Shown here piece by piece: positions 15,261-24,526 of a stretch of 27,747 nucleotides of DNA. How positions within the stretch are numbered: the stretch's first letter is position 1; every line of letters begins with the position of its first letter. This DNA is from Candidatus Binatia bacterium. Lineage in GTDB: Bacteria; Desulfobacterota; Binatia; UBA9968. The notes beneath the pieces were generated by a model. That model ran no database searches and had not been told where the DNA came from. It saw only the letters and a program-made list of their open reading frames with translations. Made by a program: the position numbers and the translations under genes. The DNA lies in the NCBI GenBank assembly GCA_035259465.1, contig DATFWH010000128.1, positions 1 to 27,747 on the forward strand, read 5' to 3'.

Positions 15261-15290
15261 AGAATAAATGATTTTTGCCTTAATAGTCAA
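15261..15290 (-). promoter_or_regulatory. Candidate sigma70 promoter for the UbiD-family gene
   Basis: TTGACT (15290-15285), 18-nt spacer, TATTCT (15266-15261) in a very AT-rich intergenic stretch. Confidence 0.5.
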
Positions 15291-15338
15291 TACATAAAAT
15301 ATATTTCGAAAGAAAATTACACGAAATCTTACGGTAGG

Positions 15339-16262
15339 TTACGCCCGGATTTCCGTGCGCATGAACTTGATGTAGCAGACGGCGAAACAGGCGGCGACGA
15401 GCGCGATCAGCGTGGTGAACTGCGGCAGGATTATCAGCAGGCTTTGACTGAGCGCGAGAGGGGTCAAAAGGATGCCCTGTGTCTGTTCTTGCAGCGCCGC
15501 GCCGAGAACGCGCGCGGTCGGGTTCAAGACGATGGTGACGGATTCCTCGTACAGCGTCGTCGGCGAGATGCGACCGATCATCGAGGCGATGTCGGTCTGA
15601 CGCACGATTTCTTCGGGAGTTGTCGGGTCCTGGACGATCATGCCCGCCACGATCTGCGCGATGAGCGGCGTAAAGATCGCGAGAAAAAGCCAGAGCGCGA
15701 GCGAAGCGAGCGCCGCGGTCACGGTCCGCTGCAGAAACAGAGAAAAGAGCATTGCGAGGGCGAGCCAAAATCCGACGTAGATGATGCCGATGACGGTGAA
15801 AATGAGCATACGCCAGAGCTCTTCGGGGTTCGGCGGAAAGCCGACCAGCACGATGCCGAGGCCGATGACAAGCAGGAGAATCGAAGCCCAGAGCGTGCTC
15901 ACCGTCGCGAGCCCGGCGAGAAATTTACCGTTGATCAGACTGTCGCGATAGATCGGCTGGGACAGAACGCGGCTCAAAGTGCCGCGCGCGTATTCGCCGC
16001 TGATGGCATCGAAGCCGAGCATGATGCCGACGAGCGGACCGAGAAGCGCGAGGAAGCTGGTCAGCGACAGCAAGCCGCCGCTCTGCGAAGTGAGCAAAAG
16101 AAGAAACACGTACTCCGTCGGCGCGCTCTCCGCGTCCTGGCGGATCGATTGCCCCGAGGCGTATACGGCCCACACGCCGGTCAGGACGATGATGGCGAGC
16201 AGGATCATGAAACGGCGGCTGCTGAAATGGTCCGCCAGCTCTTTCCAAAAGACTACACTCAT
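15339..16262 (-). CDS. ABC-2 type permease (NosY/GldF-like)
   Basis: Multiple TM helices; GFDAISGEYARGTLSRVLSQPIYRDSLINGKF matches the ABC-2 'D.I..E...GT...LL..P..R..I..GK' motif. Confidence 0.9.
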   Translation of the reverse strand: MSVVFWKELADHFSSRRFMILLAIIVLTGVWAVYASGQSIRQDAESAPTEYVFLLLLTSQSGGLLSLTSFLALLGPLVGIMLGFDAISGEYARGTLSRVLSQPIYRDSLINGKFLAGLATVSTLWASILLLVIGLGIVLVGFPPNPEELWRMLIFTVIGIIYVGFWLALAMLFSLFLQRTVTAALASLALWLFLAIFTPLIAQIVAGMIVQDPTTPEEIVRQTDIASMIGRISPTTLYEESVTIVLNPTARVLGAALQEQTQGILLTPLALSQSLLIILPQFTTLIALVAACFAVCYIKFMRTEIRA

Positions 16263-16267
16263 TTTTA

Positions 16268-17197
16268 TTACGCCTCGCGAAAATATTTCAGATAAATCTC
16301 TTCCAGAGTCGTGTCCTCCGAGCGAAGCTGGAAAAGCGACAGCCCTTTGTTCACGACCAGCGCCGCGACCTCAGGCCGAACGTCGCGGTTGCACCGCAAG
16401 TAATATCCCTTTCCGCGCCGCTCGATTCCCTGGACGCCGGGAACCCCGGCGAGATCGGCCTCGATGCCGTCACTGCCTCCGGCGCATTCGATGGAAAAAT
16501 TCCAGCGGCGCTCTTCGAACGCGGCGCTGCCGAGCTTGTCGACTTCGCCCTCGGCGATCATTTTTCCGCTCACGATGATGCCGACGCGATGGCACATCTG
16601 CTGGACCTGGTGCAGCATGTGGGAAGACAGCACCACCGTGAGGCCGCGCTCCCGGCTGAGGCCGGTGATCAACTCGAGGATTCGCGCCGCGCCGTCGGGA
16701 TCGAGTCCCAGCGTGGGCTCGTCGAGGATGAGCACCTGGGGCTCTTTCACCAGAACCTCGGCGATGCCGAGGCGCTGCTTCATGCCGCGGGAATATTCGC
16801 GGACGTTGCGCACCGAGTCTTTCATAAGCCCGACCTGCTCGAGCAGCGCGTCGATTCTGTGCGTCGATTCTGGCTCCGGTATTCGGTTGAGGCGCGCGAT
16901 GTAGCGCAGGTTTTCCCGCCCCGAGAGGTCGTCATAAAATCCGGGGTTTTCCGGCAGGTAGCCGACGCGCCGCTTGACTTCGAGCGCCTCGCGCGCGGGA
17001 TCGAATCCGCAGACGCGCACGCGGCCGCCGCTCGGCTCGGTTAAGCCAAGCAGCATGAGAATGGTCGTCGTTTTTCCGGCGCCGTTCGGGCCGAGAAAGC
17101 CGAAGATCTCGCCTTGGTCGACGCCGAAGGAAAGGCCGTTGACGGCGATCAGGTTGCGATACCGTTTGGTGAGATTCTCTGTCTCGATTACAGGCAT
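16268..17197 (-). CDS. ABC-2 type ATP-binding protein
   Basis: Start MPVIETE at 17197 (TAATG overlap with upstream stop); GPNGAGKTT, YSRGMKQRL, LILDEPTLG, SSH. Confidence 0.93.
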   Translation of the reverse strand: MPVIETENLTKRYRNLIAVNGLSFGVDQGEIFGFLGPNGAGKTTTILMLLGLTEPSGGRVRVCGFDPAREALEVKRRVGYLPENPGFYDDLSGRENLRYIARLNRIPEPESTHRIDALLEQVGLMKDSVRNVREYSRGMKQRLGIAEVLVKEPQVLILDEPTLGLDPDGAARILELITGLSRERGLTVVLSSHMLHQVQQMCHRVGIIVSGKMIAEGEVDKLGSAAFEERRWNFSIECAGGSDGIEADLAGVPGVQGIERRGKGYYLRCNRDVRPEVAALVVNKGLSLFQLRSEDTTLEEIYLKYFREA

Positions 17198-18438
17198 TAT
17201 CGCCGGCCCAGGCGCCAGAATACGACGGCGAGCCCCAGCACAACGGCGGCGACTATTCCCGCACCGACCCATCCCCATAGCGTCGCGGTCGATACGGTGA
17301 CGCGGAAATCGACTGATTTATTCGCGTCGGCGCTGTTGGCCGCGACCGTGATCGCGTAGTCTCCGGCTATCGCGCGCGCCGGCGCGGTGATCTCCATCGA
17401 CACCTCGCGCACTTCGCCGGCGTTGAGCGCGTCGAGCTTGTCGGGCTTGAAATCGATCGTCCACTTGTCCGGTTTTTTGGTAACGAACGCGAGGTTGCGG
17501 ATCGGCGCCGTCCCACTGTTGGCTACTAGGAAGGGGACGGGGGTCTTTTGGCCCGCCGTGACCCCGGCATTGAGCGTTCCGGTCACGGTGCCCATCTTCA
17601 GATCGGTCACGCCTTTCAGCGTAACTTTCAGGTTTGTCGATGCTTCGAAGGCGCCTGCGCGCGCCCGGATATTCACCGGGTATTCCTTCGCGTCGGCGCG
17701 GACGGGTGAATCGATCTCGACGCTAAGCGTCTCCGTGCCGTTTTCTTTGAGTTGAATCGAGGATATCTGCGTGTCGCCGAACTGCGGCTTAAAGCGCACA
17801 GCCCATCCCGTGGGCGCTTCGGCGTTGAGCGATGCGGTCAGCGGCTTGTTCGTCTCGTTTTTGAGGTCGACGGTAAATTTGAGCGTCTGACCCGAGGGAG
17901 TCGTCAATACGGGATACTGGCTCGTGAGTTTGAGGCCTCCGGTCTCGACCTTTTTTGAGGTGACGCGAAAGACGACCTTTTCCAGATAGCTGGTCTTGCC
18001 GTTTTCATCTTTGGCGGCGACTTTCGTCTCGTAGTTTCCGGGCTTGGTGTTTTCCGGAACCTTCGCCTTGAACTCCACCGTAGTTGATTTCTCGCCCTGC
18101 ACCATCACCGAGCGGACAGGGTAGCTCGGATAGCGGGAGTTGAAGCCCACTTCCCAGCCTTTCGGCACGCCGTCGATCGTGAGGCCGACCGCAACCGGAT
18201 TCTTGGTCCGGTTGACGACCTCGGCGTCCATCGTGACCTCCTGACCTTGACCGACGGTGAGGTCGGTAAAGGGCAAGATCAAGTTGAAGGACTCCTTCGG
18301 CGGCTCGGACGCCTCTTTCTTTTCCGCCTCGGCGCCGAAGCCGGGCACGGAACTCAACGCGAATAATACTGCGATGAAAATCATCGCGGAGGAACGTCGA
18401 TTGATAGAATAATTCCACTGTGAGGAGCGTAGCCTCAT
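17197..18438 (-). CDS. NEW3/NPCBM-associated Ig-like repeat protein with signal peptide and C-terminal TM anchor
   Basis: Three repeats of 'GQ...N...P...P.GW/KW...F'; C-terminal LWGWVGAGIVAAVVLGLAVVFWRLGRR; start 18438 (SD GGGGA) or 18384. Confidence 0.8.
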   Translation of the reverse strand: MRLRSSQWNYSINRRSSAMIFIAVLFALSSVPGFGAEAEKKEASEPPKESFNLILPFTDLTVGQGQEVTMDAEVVNRTKNPVAVGLTIDGVPKGWEVGFNSRYPSYPVRSVMVQGEKSTTVEFKAKVPENTKPGNYETKVAAKDENGKTSYLEKVVFRVTSKKVETGGLKLTSQYPVLTTPSGQTLKFTVDLKNETNKPLTASLNAEAPTGWAVRFKPQFGDTQISSIQLKENGTETLSVEIDSPVRADAKEYPVNIRARAGAFEASTNLKVTLKGVTDLKMGTVTGTLNAGVTAGQKTPVPFLVANSGTAPIRNLAFVTKKPDKWTIDFKPDKLDALNAGEVREVSMEITAPARAIAGDYAITVAANSADANKSVDFRVTVSTATLWGWVGAGIVAAVVLGLAVVFWRLGRR

Positions 18439-18496
18439 GTAAATCCCCCTATTAAGTCAGGTATAACCCTACAGATAATCACATCGGCGCGGCAAA

Positions 18497-18955
18497 TCAA
18501 GCTTGCAGCCGGCCGAGCTGGCGGAGGCCTTCGTAGACGACGATCGAGACTGCGTTGGATAGGTTCAGGCTTCTGACCGCCTGCGTCATCATTGGAATGC
18601 GGAAAAAATTTTCCGCATGCGCCTCGAGCCAGGCTTCGGGCAGGCCGGTCGTCTCGGGACCGAAGACGAGAAAATCGTCGTCGCGATAGTTCGCTTGGAT
18701 GTAAGACTGCCTCGCTTTTTTGGAAAAGAAAAGCCGGCGGCCGCCGCCGTGCGTTCGCAGAAAATCTTCCCACGATTCGTGCAGCCGCACGTCGACGTGC
18801 GGCCAGTAATCGAGGCCGGCGCGTTTCAAATGTTTGTCGTCGATCGTAAAGCCGAGCGGCTTCACGAGATGCAGCGGCGTGCCGGTGGCCGCGCAGAGCC
18901 GCGCGATGCTTCCGGTATTCTGCGGAATCTCAGGATGGTACAGGACGACGTGCAT
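18497..18955 (-). CDS. trmL: tRNA (cytidine/uridine-34-2'-O)-methyltransferase
   Basis: MHVVLYHPEIPQNTGSIARLCA, LKRAGLDYW, FGPETTGLP, RSLNLSN; real start inside the 19315 ORF. Confidence 0.95.
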   Translation of the reverse strand: MHVVLYHPEIPQNTGSIARLCAATGTPLHLVKPLGFTIDDKHLKRAGLDYWPHVDVRLHESWEDFLRTHGGGRRLFFSKKARQSYIQANYRDDDFLVFGPETTGLPEAWLEAHAENFFRIPMMTQAVRSLNLSNAVSIVVYEGLRQLGRLQA

Positions 18956-18957
18956 CG

Positions 18958-19395
18958 TCAGCTCTCCAGGGTCAATGTCACCGGCCCGTCGTTGACGAGG
19001 CTTACGGCCATCGTCGTTTGAAAGCGCCCGGTCGCCACGCGGAGGCCGGACTGTTCGAGCTTGCCGACGAAATATTCGTAAAGCTCCCGCGCTTTTTCCG
19101 GAGCAGCGGCGCGGCTGAAAGACGGGCGCCGTCCCTTGGCGCAGTCGCCGTAAAGAGTGAACTCCGACACGACGAGAATGTCGCCGCGTATGTCGGACAC
19201 CGAGCGGTTGAGCTTGCCGCCGTCGTCTTCGAAGATTCTCAAATGAATCGCTTTTTCGGCCAGGAGATCTGCGTCCGCCCTCGAGTCTTCCGTCGCGACG
19301 CCGAGGAACAAACAAAGCCCGCGGCCGGCCCGGCCGACGATTTGGCCGTCGACGCGGACTTCGGCCGATTCGATCCGCTGTATAAGCAGCCGCAT
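18958..19395 (-). CDS. dtd: D-aminoacyl-tRNA deacylase
   Basis: MRLLIQRIESAEV, LRIFEDDGGKLN, VSEFTLYGD..KGRRPSF, VNDGPVT (Gly-cisPro). Confidence 0.95.
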   Translation of the reverse strand: MRLLIQRIESAEVRVDGQIVGRAGRGLCLFLGVATEDSRADADLLAEKAIHLRIFEDDGGKLNRSVSDIRGDILVVSEFTLYGDCAKGRRPSFSRAAAPEKARELYEYFVGKLEQSGLRVATGRFQTTMAVSLVNDGPVTLTLES

Positions 19396-19490
19396 TGCCT
19401 CGATAGAAAAATATTTTCTGAAAAAAAACAAGAACGCGGTGAGATTTAAGATTTATGGAGAGGGGATGCGACCCGGTTCGCTTTGCGCGG

Positions 19491-19805
19491 CTAATGCGAG
19501 GTCCCGCCGCCGGAGAGTTTGTTTTGCAGTCCGTCGACCGAGATCAGCACGAGATAGTAGCCGCTGCGCCAGCCCTCATTGGAATGCGCATGCGTCTCTT
19601 CGTCGTCCAAGCCGACGACGACAAAGCGGCGCTGATCGCCGAATTGCCCGTGGCGGTCGGCGCCGATAACGAGCGTCTCTGACGGAGCCGCGAGGCGGCT
19701 TAGACGGCGCAGCCCCAGCTCTTCGACGCACCAGTCCAGCGGCTTCTCCGCGACCGGCGCGCCCCCGAGAGGTATTCCTTCTTCTGCCTGCCAGATCTTC
19801 GCCAT
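19491..19805 (-). CDS. Hypothetical protein (104 aa)
   Basis: ATG 19805 with GGAG upstream; fills the gap between dtd and divergent lgt; no family recognised. Confidence 0.5.
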   Translation of the reverse strand: MAKIWQAEEGIPLGGAPVAEKPLDWCVEELGLRRLSRLAAPSETLVIGADRHGQFGDQRRFVVVGLDDEETHAHSNEGWRSGYYLVLISVDGLQNKLSGGGTSH

Positions 19806-19936
19806 CTGCGCTTTTGCTCCGTAGCAAAAACCGACGGCTGTGGGAATCGGGCCTTTTCCCGAATCGCGTAAATTTCTCAAGAATGCTTTTATGGCGGCTT
19901 TCTGCTAAGCTGAACGTCAATCTCGAGGAGTTTGGA

Positions 19937-20725
19937 ATGATTCCGGTGCTTTTCCATATCGGGCCGATCCCGGTGTACAGTTTCGGCGCGTTCATGGCGC
20001 TGGCGGCGGTCGCAGGGGGCTGGGTCGCGTGGCTCGAGCTAAAGCGCTACGGCTACGACCCGGAGATTTCCTCCTCGCTCGTCTTCGCCGGTGCGATCGG
20101 CGGCCTCCTCGGCGCGAGGATCTTATTTATTTTCGAAGAGTGGATCAGCTTTATCCAGCATCCCTGGGATTTTATTCTCACCGGCGCCGGGTTCACTTGG
20201 TACGGCGGCGTCGTCGGCGGAATCCTCGCCGCAACGTGGGTGGTCCGCCGCGAAGGGATTCCTTGGCTTAAGGCCGCCGATATCTGCGCGCCCGCGCTGG
20301 CGCTGGCTTACGGCGTCGGGCGGATCGGCTGTCATGTCGCCGGGGACGGCGATTGGGGAATCGAGACGACGGTTCCGTGGGGCGTCGCTTATACGAATGC
20401 GATTATCGGCTGGGTGCATCCCGATACCGGAATTGCATACCCTCCCGGGGTCAAAGTGCATCCGACGCCGATTTATGAATTGCTCGAATCCTTGGTGATC
20501 TTCGCGGTTCTCTGGTCGGTGAGAAAAAAAGATTACTCCGACGGGACGATTTTCTGGCTCTACCTGGTCCTCTCCGGCGTCGCGCGCTTTGTGGTCGAAT
20601 TCTGGCGCATCAATCCGCCCATCGCCGGAGGTTTGAGCGAGGCCCAGTGGTTCAGCCTCGGCGCCGTCGTGCTCGGCAGCTTGCTCCTTTATCTCCAGCC
20701 GGGTCGAGCGCGCGCGGCGGTTTGA
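19937..20725 (+). CDS. lgt: Prolipoprotein diacylglyceryl transferase
   Basis: MIPVLFHIGPIPVYSFG, GARILF, GFTWYGG, GRIGC, HPTPIYE, RFVVEFWR; SD GAGGAG. Confidence 0.92.
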   Translation: MIPVLFHIGPIPVYSFGAFMALAAVAGGWVAWLELKRYGYDPEISSSLVFAGAIGGLLGARILFIFEEWISFIQHPWDFILTGAGFTWYGGVVGGILAATWVVRREGIPWLKAADICAPALALAYGVGRIGCHVAGDGDWGIETTVPWGVAYTNAIIGWVHPDTGIAYPPGVKVHPTPIYELLESLVIFAVLWSVRKKDYSDGTIFWLYLVLSGVARFVVEFWRINPPIAGGLSEAQWFSLGAVVLGSLLLYLQPGRARAAV

Positions 20726-20755
20726 TGCTTACCACCTCGTCACTCTAATAACTTG

Positions 20756-20799
20756 ACAAAGCCGCGGCCATGACTTTACCAAGCCGCGAGCATGACTTT
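20756..20799. repeat. Head-to-tail 22-bp imperfect tandem duplication at the aroE 3' end
   Basis: ACAAAGCCGCGGCCATGACTTT (20756-20777) and ACCAAGCCGCGAGCATGACTTT (20778-20799), 19/22 identical. Confidence 0.85.
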
Positions 20800-21810
20800 C
20801 GCGAGCCGACGGCGCGTCTCCTCGTTATGCAGGCCGTCCGCCTCGAGCTCCCGCCGGCAGATGTGATTCATGAACGATTCGACCGCCTGCGCCACGATCA
20901 TGCCCCGGCCGTTGACGGCCCGGTGGCCCGTCTCTCTCGCATGACGTAAGAAGACCGTCTCCTCGGGGTGGTAAACGAGATCGTAAAAAACGGTTTCTCG
21001 CGGAACCGAGCGCGCGATGGATAGCGACCGTTTATGGTTCGCGTCGATGTCCGCCGCGCGCGAACCGGAGGCGGGCGCAAGAGCGGAGTACCGTTCGAGC
21101 GATTGTCTTTCTCCGCGGCCCGCCTGTCCCTTGGTCGTGCAGTTGACGATCAACTCAACCGTCGTCGCGTTCGCCGCGATGGCATCCTCGCCGATGGCCC
21201 GCGCGTTCGCGCAGAACGGATGGATCTCCTGCGCGAGCGCCTCGGCGGTTTCCGGGTGGCGGTTTGCGATCAGCAGCTTCCCGCCCGCGAGGCGTTGACC
21301 GAGCGCGAACGCGACGGCGCGCGCGGAACCGCCGGCGCCGAGGACCAAAACGTCCATGCCTGCGAGCGTGGGAAACAACGGCGGGGAGTCGCCGAATTCC
21401 GGGCTCAGCAGCGTCTCGATGAACCCGATGCCGTCGGTGTTGGAACCCACCAGGGCTCCGGTAGGCGCGCGCGCGACGGTATTCACGGCGCCGGTCGACT
21501 TGACGCTCTCGTCCAGCTCATCGAGGTATTCGAGCACCGCGAGTTTATGCGGCACGGTAACGTTAAGCCCCAAAACCGAGGGCGACTCACCGATCGCCCG
21601 CAGCAAATCGCCGAGCCGGCGGGTCTCGACGTCGAGCGCGACGTAGCGCGCGTCGATGTGAAGCTCCGCAAACGCGGCGTTCCACAGCGCCGGGCTTTTG
21701 CTGTAGCGGGAGGGCGAGTCGCCGATCACGGCGGCGACCAAGCGCGCGCGGCGCGCTTGCGGATCGATCGGGTTTAGTGCGCACGTTTGGATACGATCGA
21801 GGTCGGCCAT
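20776..21810 (-). CDS. aroE: Shikimate dehydrogenase family protein
   Basis: SKSP, GLNVTVPHK, GAVNT, NTDGIGF, GAGGSARA, NR, YDLVYHP, GMIVAQA. Confidence 0.88.
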   Translation of the reverse strand: MADLDRIQTCALNPIDPQARRARLVAAVIGDSPSRYSKSPALWNAAFAELHIDARYVALDVETRRLGDLLRAIGESPSVLGLNVTVPHKLAVLEYLDELDESVKSTGAVNTVARAPTGALVGSNTDGIGFIETLLSPEFGDSPPLFPTLAGMDVLVLGAGGSARAVAFALGQRLAGGKLLIANRHPETAEALAQEIHPFCANARAIGEDAIAANATTVELIVNCTTKGQAGRGERQSLERYSALAPASGSRAADIDANHKRSLSIARSVPRETVFYDLVYHPEETVFLRHARETGHRAVNGRGMIVAQAVESFMNHICRRELEADGLHNEETRRRLAKVMLAAW

Positions 21811-21877
21811 GCAAAAACTCGCGGTTCTAGATCGGTCCGATCATAAACCACGACGGTGGAAAGTGGCAACGGAAGAT

Positions 21878-23311
<1,434 letters not shown>

Positions 23312-23320
23312 GGGGGAGGT

Positions 23321-24499
23321 TCAGGCTGCGTCGTCCCGCGCGCGCTCGCGCGAGAGAAAGCCCTTGAAAGCGGGCCAGATGTCCTCTTTGCGCTGAATTT
23401 GCACCGTCTGGAAATTTTCCGCCGCGAGCTGCGCGAAAAACTGGATCATGCTGCTGCCGTAATATCCGGACCCGAGCGGCTTGATCTCGCCGTAGCCGAA
23501 TAAATTCGACACATCGGCAAGCTCTTTAGCCGCCTGGAGCGCGGCGGCGTTGTCCGACTCGAAGTTGTCGCCGTCCGAGCAATGAAAGACGTACACGTTC
23601 CAGAGCGAAGGGTGGTACCGCTGTTCGATGATCTCGAGCGCTTTGCGGTAACCGGAAGAGATGAAGGTCCCGCCCGCCTCGCCCTTGTGGAAGAATTCGT
23701 CCTCGGTCACCTCGGCCGCTTCGGTATGGTGCGCGACGAAGACGATCTCGACGTTCTGATATTTCGTGCACACGAAGCGATAAAGGAGGAAGAAGAAGCT
23801 CCGGGCGAGATACTTTTTCATCGTGTCCATCGAGCCGGAGGTATCCATGATGCAAACGACGATGGCGTTGGACTCGCGGCGGATTTGCGTGACCGTGTGG
23901 CGGTAGACCAGATCGTCCTTATGGAACGGAAAGCGCTGCGGCCGGAGTGCGAAGGCGTCGGCGCGCTGCACGGCTTTCTTGCGCTTGACGCGCGAGACGG
24001 CGGTGCGCCGCTTGTCGAGACGGATGCGGATTCCCTTTTTGCGGTAGCCTTTCCGCCGGTAGAGCTGCTCGACCTCCATCTGTCTTAGGTGCTTGCGCTC
24101 GAGATAGGGGAGCTCAAGGTCCTCGAACATCATGTCGATGAGTTCGTCCAGGGCGACGTCGGTTTCGTAGTAGTCGACGCCCGGACGATCGCCGGCCTGC
24201 TGGCCGTCGCCGCCTTGCTCGCCCTTGCCGATGACCTGGCCCGGCTGGGTGTCGGGCCCGCCCTGGCCGACGCCGGGAGCGTTGTCGCCGTAGACGAAGC
24301 GGTACTCTTTTACGCCGCGGATGGGGACTTTGATGATGCGGTCGCGGTCTTTGCCGATGATCGACTCTTCCGAGATGATGTCGGCGATGTTCTGCCGGAT
24401 CGCCTCGTGGACTTTCTCACGATGGCGCAGCCGGTCCCCGGCGCAGCGGTCGCTGCGCTGGCCGGAAGAAGAGTCGTAGGAGCGAAAGACGGTGCTCAT
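23321..24499 (-). CDS. yeaH: YeaH/YhbH (DUF444) vWA-like protein
   Basis: Gly-rich linker, ELIDMMFEDLELP, MDTSGSM (DxSxS MIDAS), IVFVAHH, FHCSDGDN. Confidence 0.93.
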   Translation of the reverse strand: MSTVFRSYDSSSGQRSDRCAGDRLRHREKVHEAIRQNIADIISEESIIGKDRDRIIKVPIRGVKEYRFVYGDNAPGVGQGGPDTQPGQVIGKGEQGGDGQQAGDRPGVDYYETDVALDELIDMMFEDLELPYLERKHLRQMEVEQLYRRKGYRKKGIRIRLDKRRTAVSRVKRKKAVQRADAFALRPQRFPFHKDDLVYRHTVTQIRRESNAIVVCIMDTSGSMDTMKKYLARSFFFLLYRFVCTKYQNVEIVFVAHHTEAAEVTEDEFFHKGEAGGTFISSGYRKALEIIEQRYHPSLWNVYVFHCSDGDNFESDNAAALQAAKELADVSNLFGYGEIKPLGSGYYGSSMIQFFAQLAAENFQTVQIQRKEDIWPAFKGFLSRERARDDAA

Positions 24500-24526
24500 G
24501 CCGCCATACGGCGCTCACGCCGCCGA

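Noticed and set aside
19442-19455. AGATTTA tandem heptamer upstream of dtd
   Set aside because: Two copies of a short AT-rich word; insufficient evidence.
23312-23320. Anti-SD-like ACCTCCCCC before the spoVR ATG (a perfect SD on the opposite strand)
   Set aside because: No credible plus-strand ORF follows; spoVR is probably translationally coupled to yeaH, 9 nt upstream.
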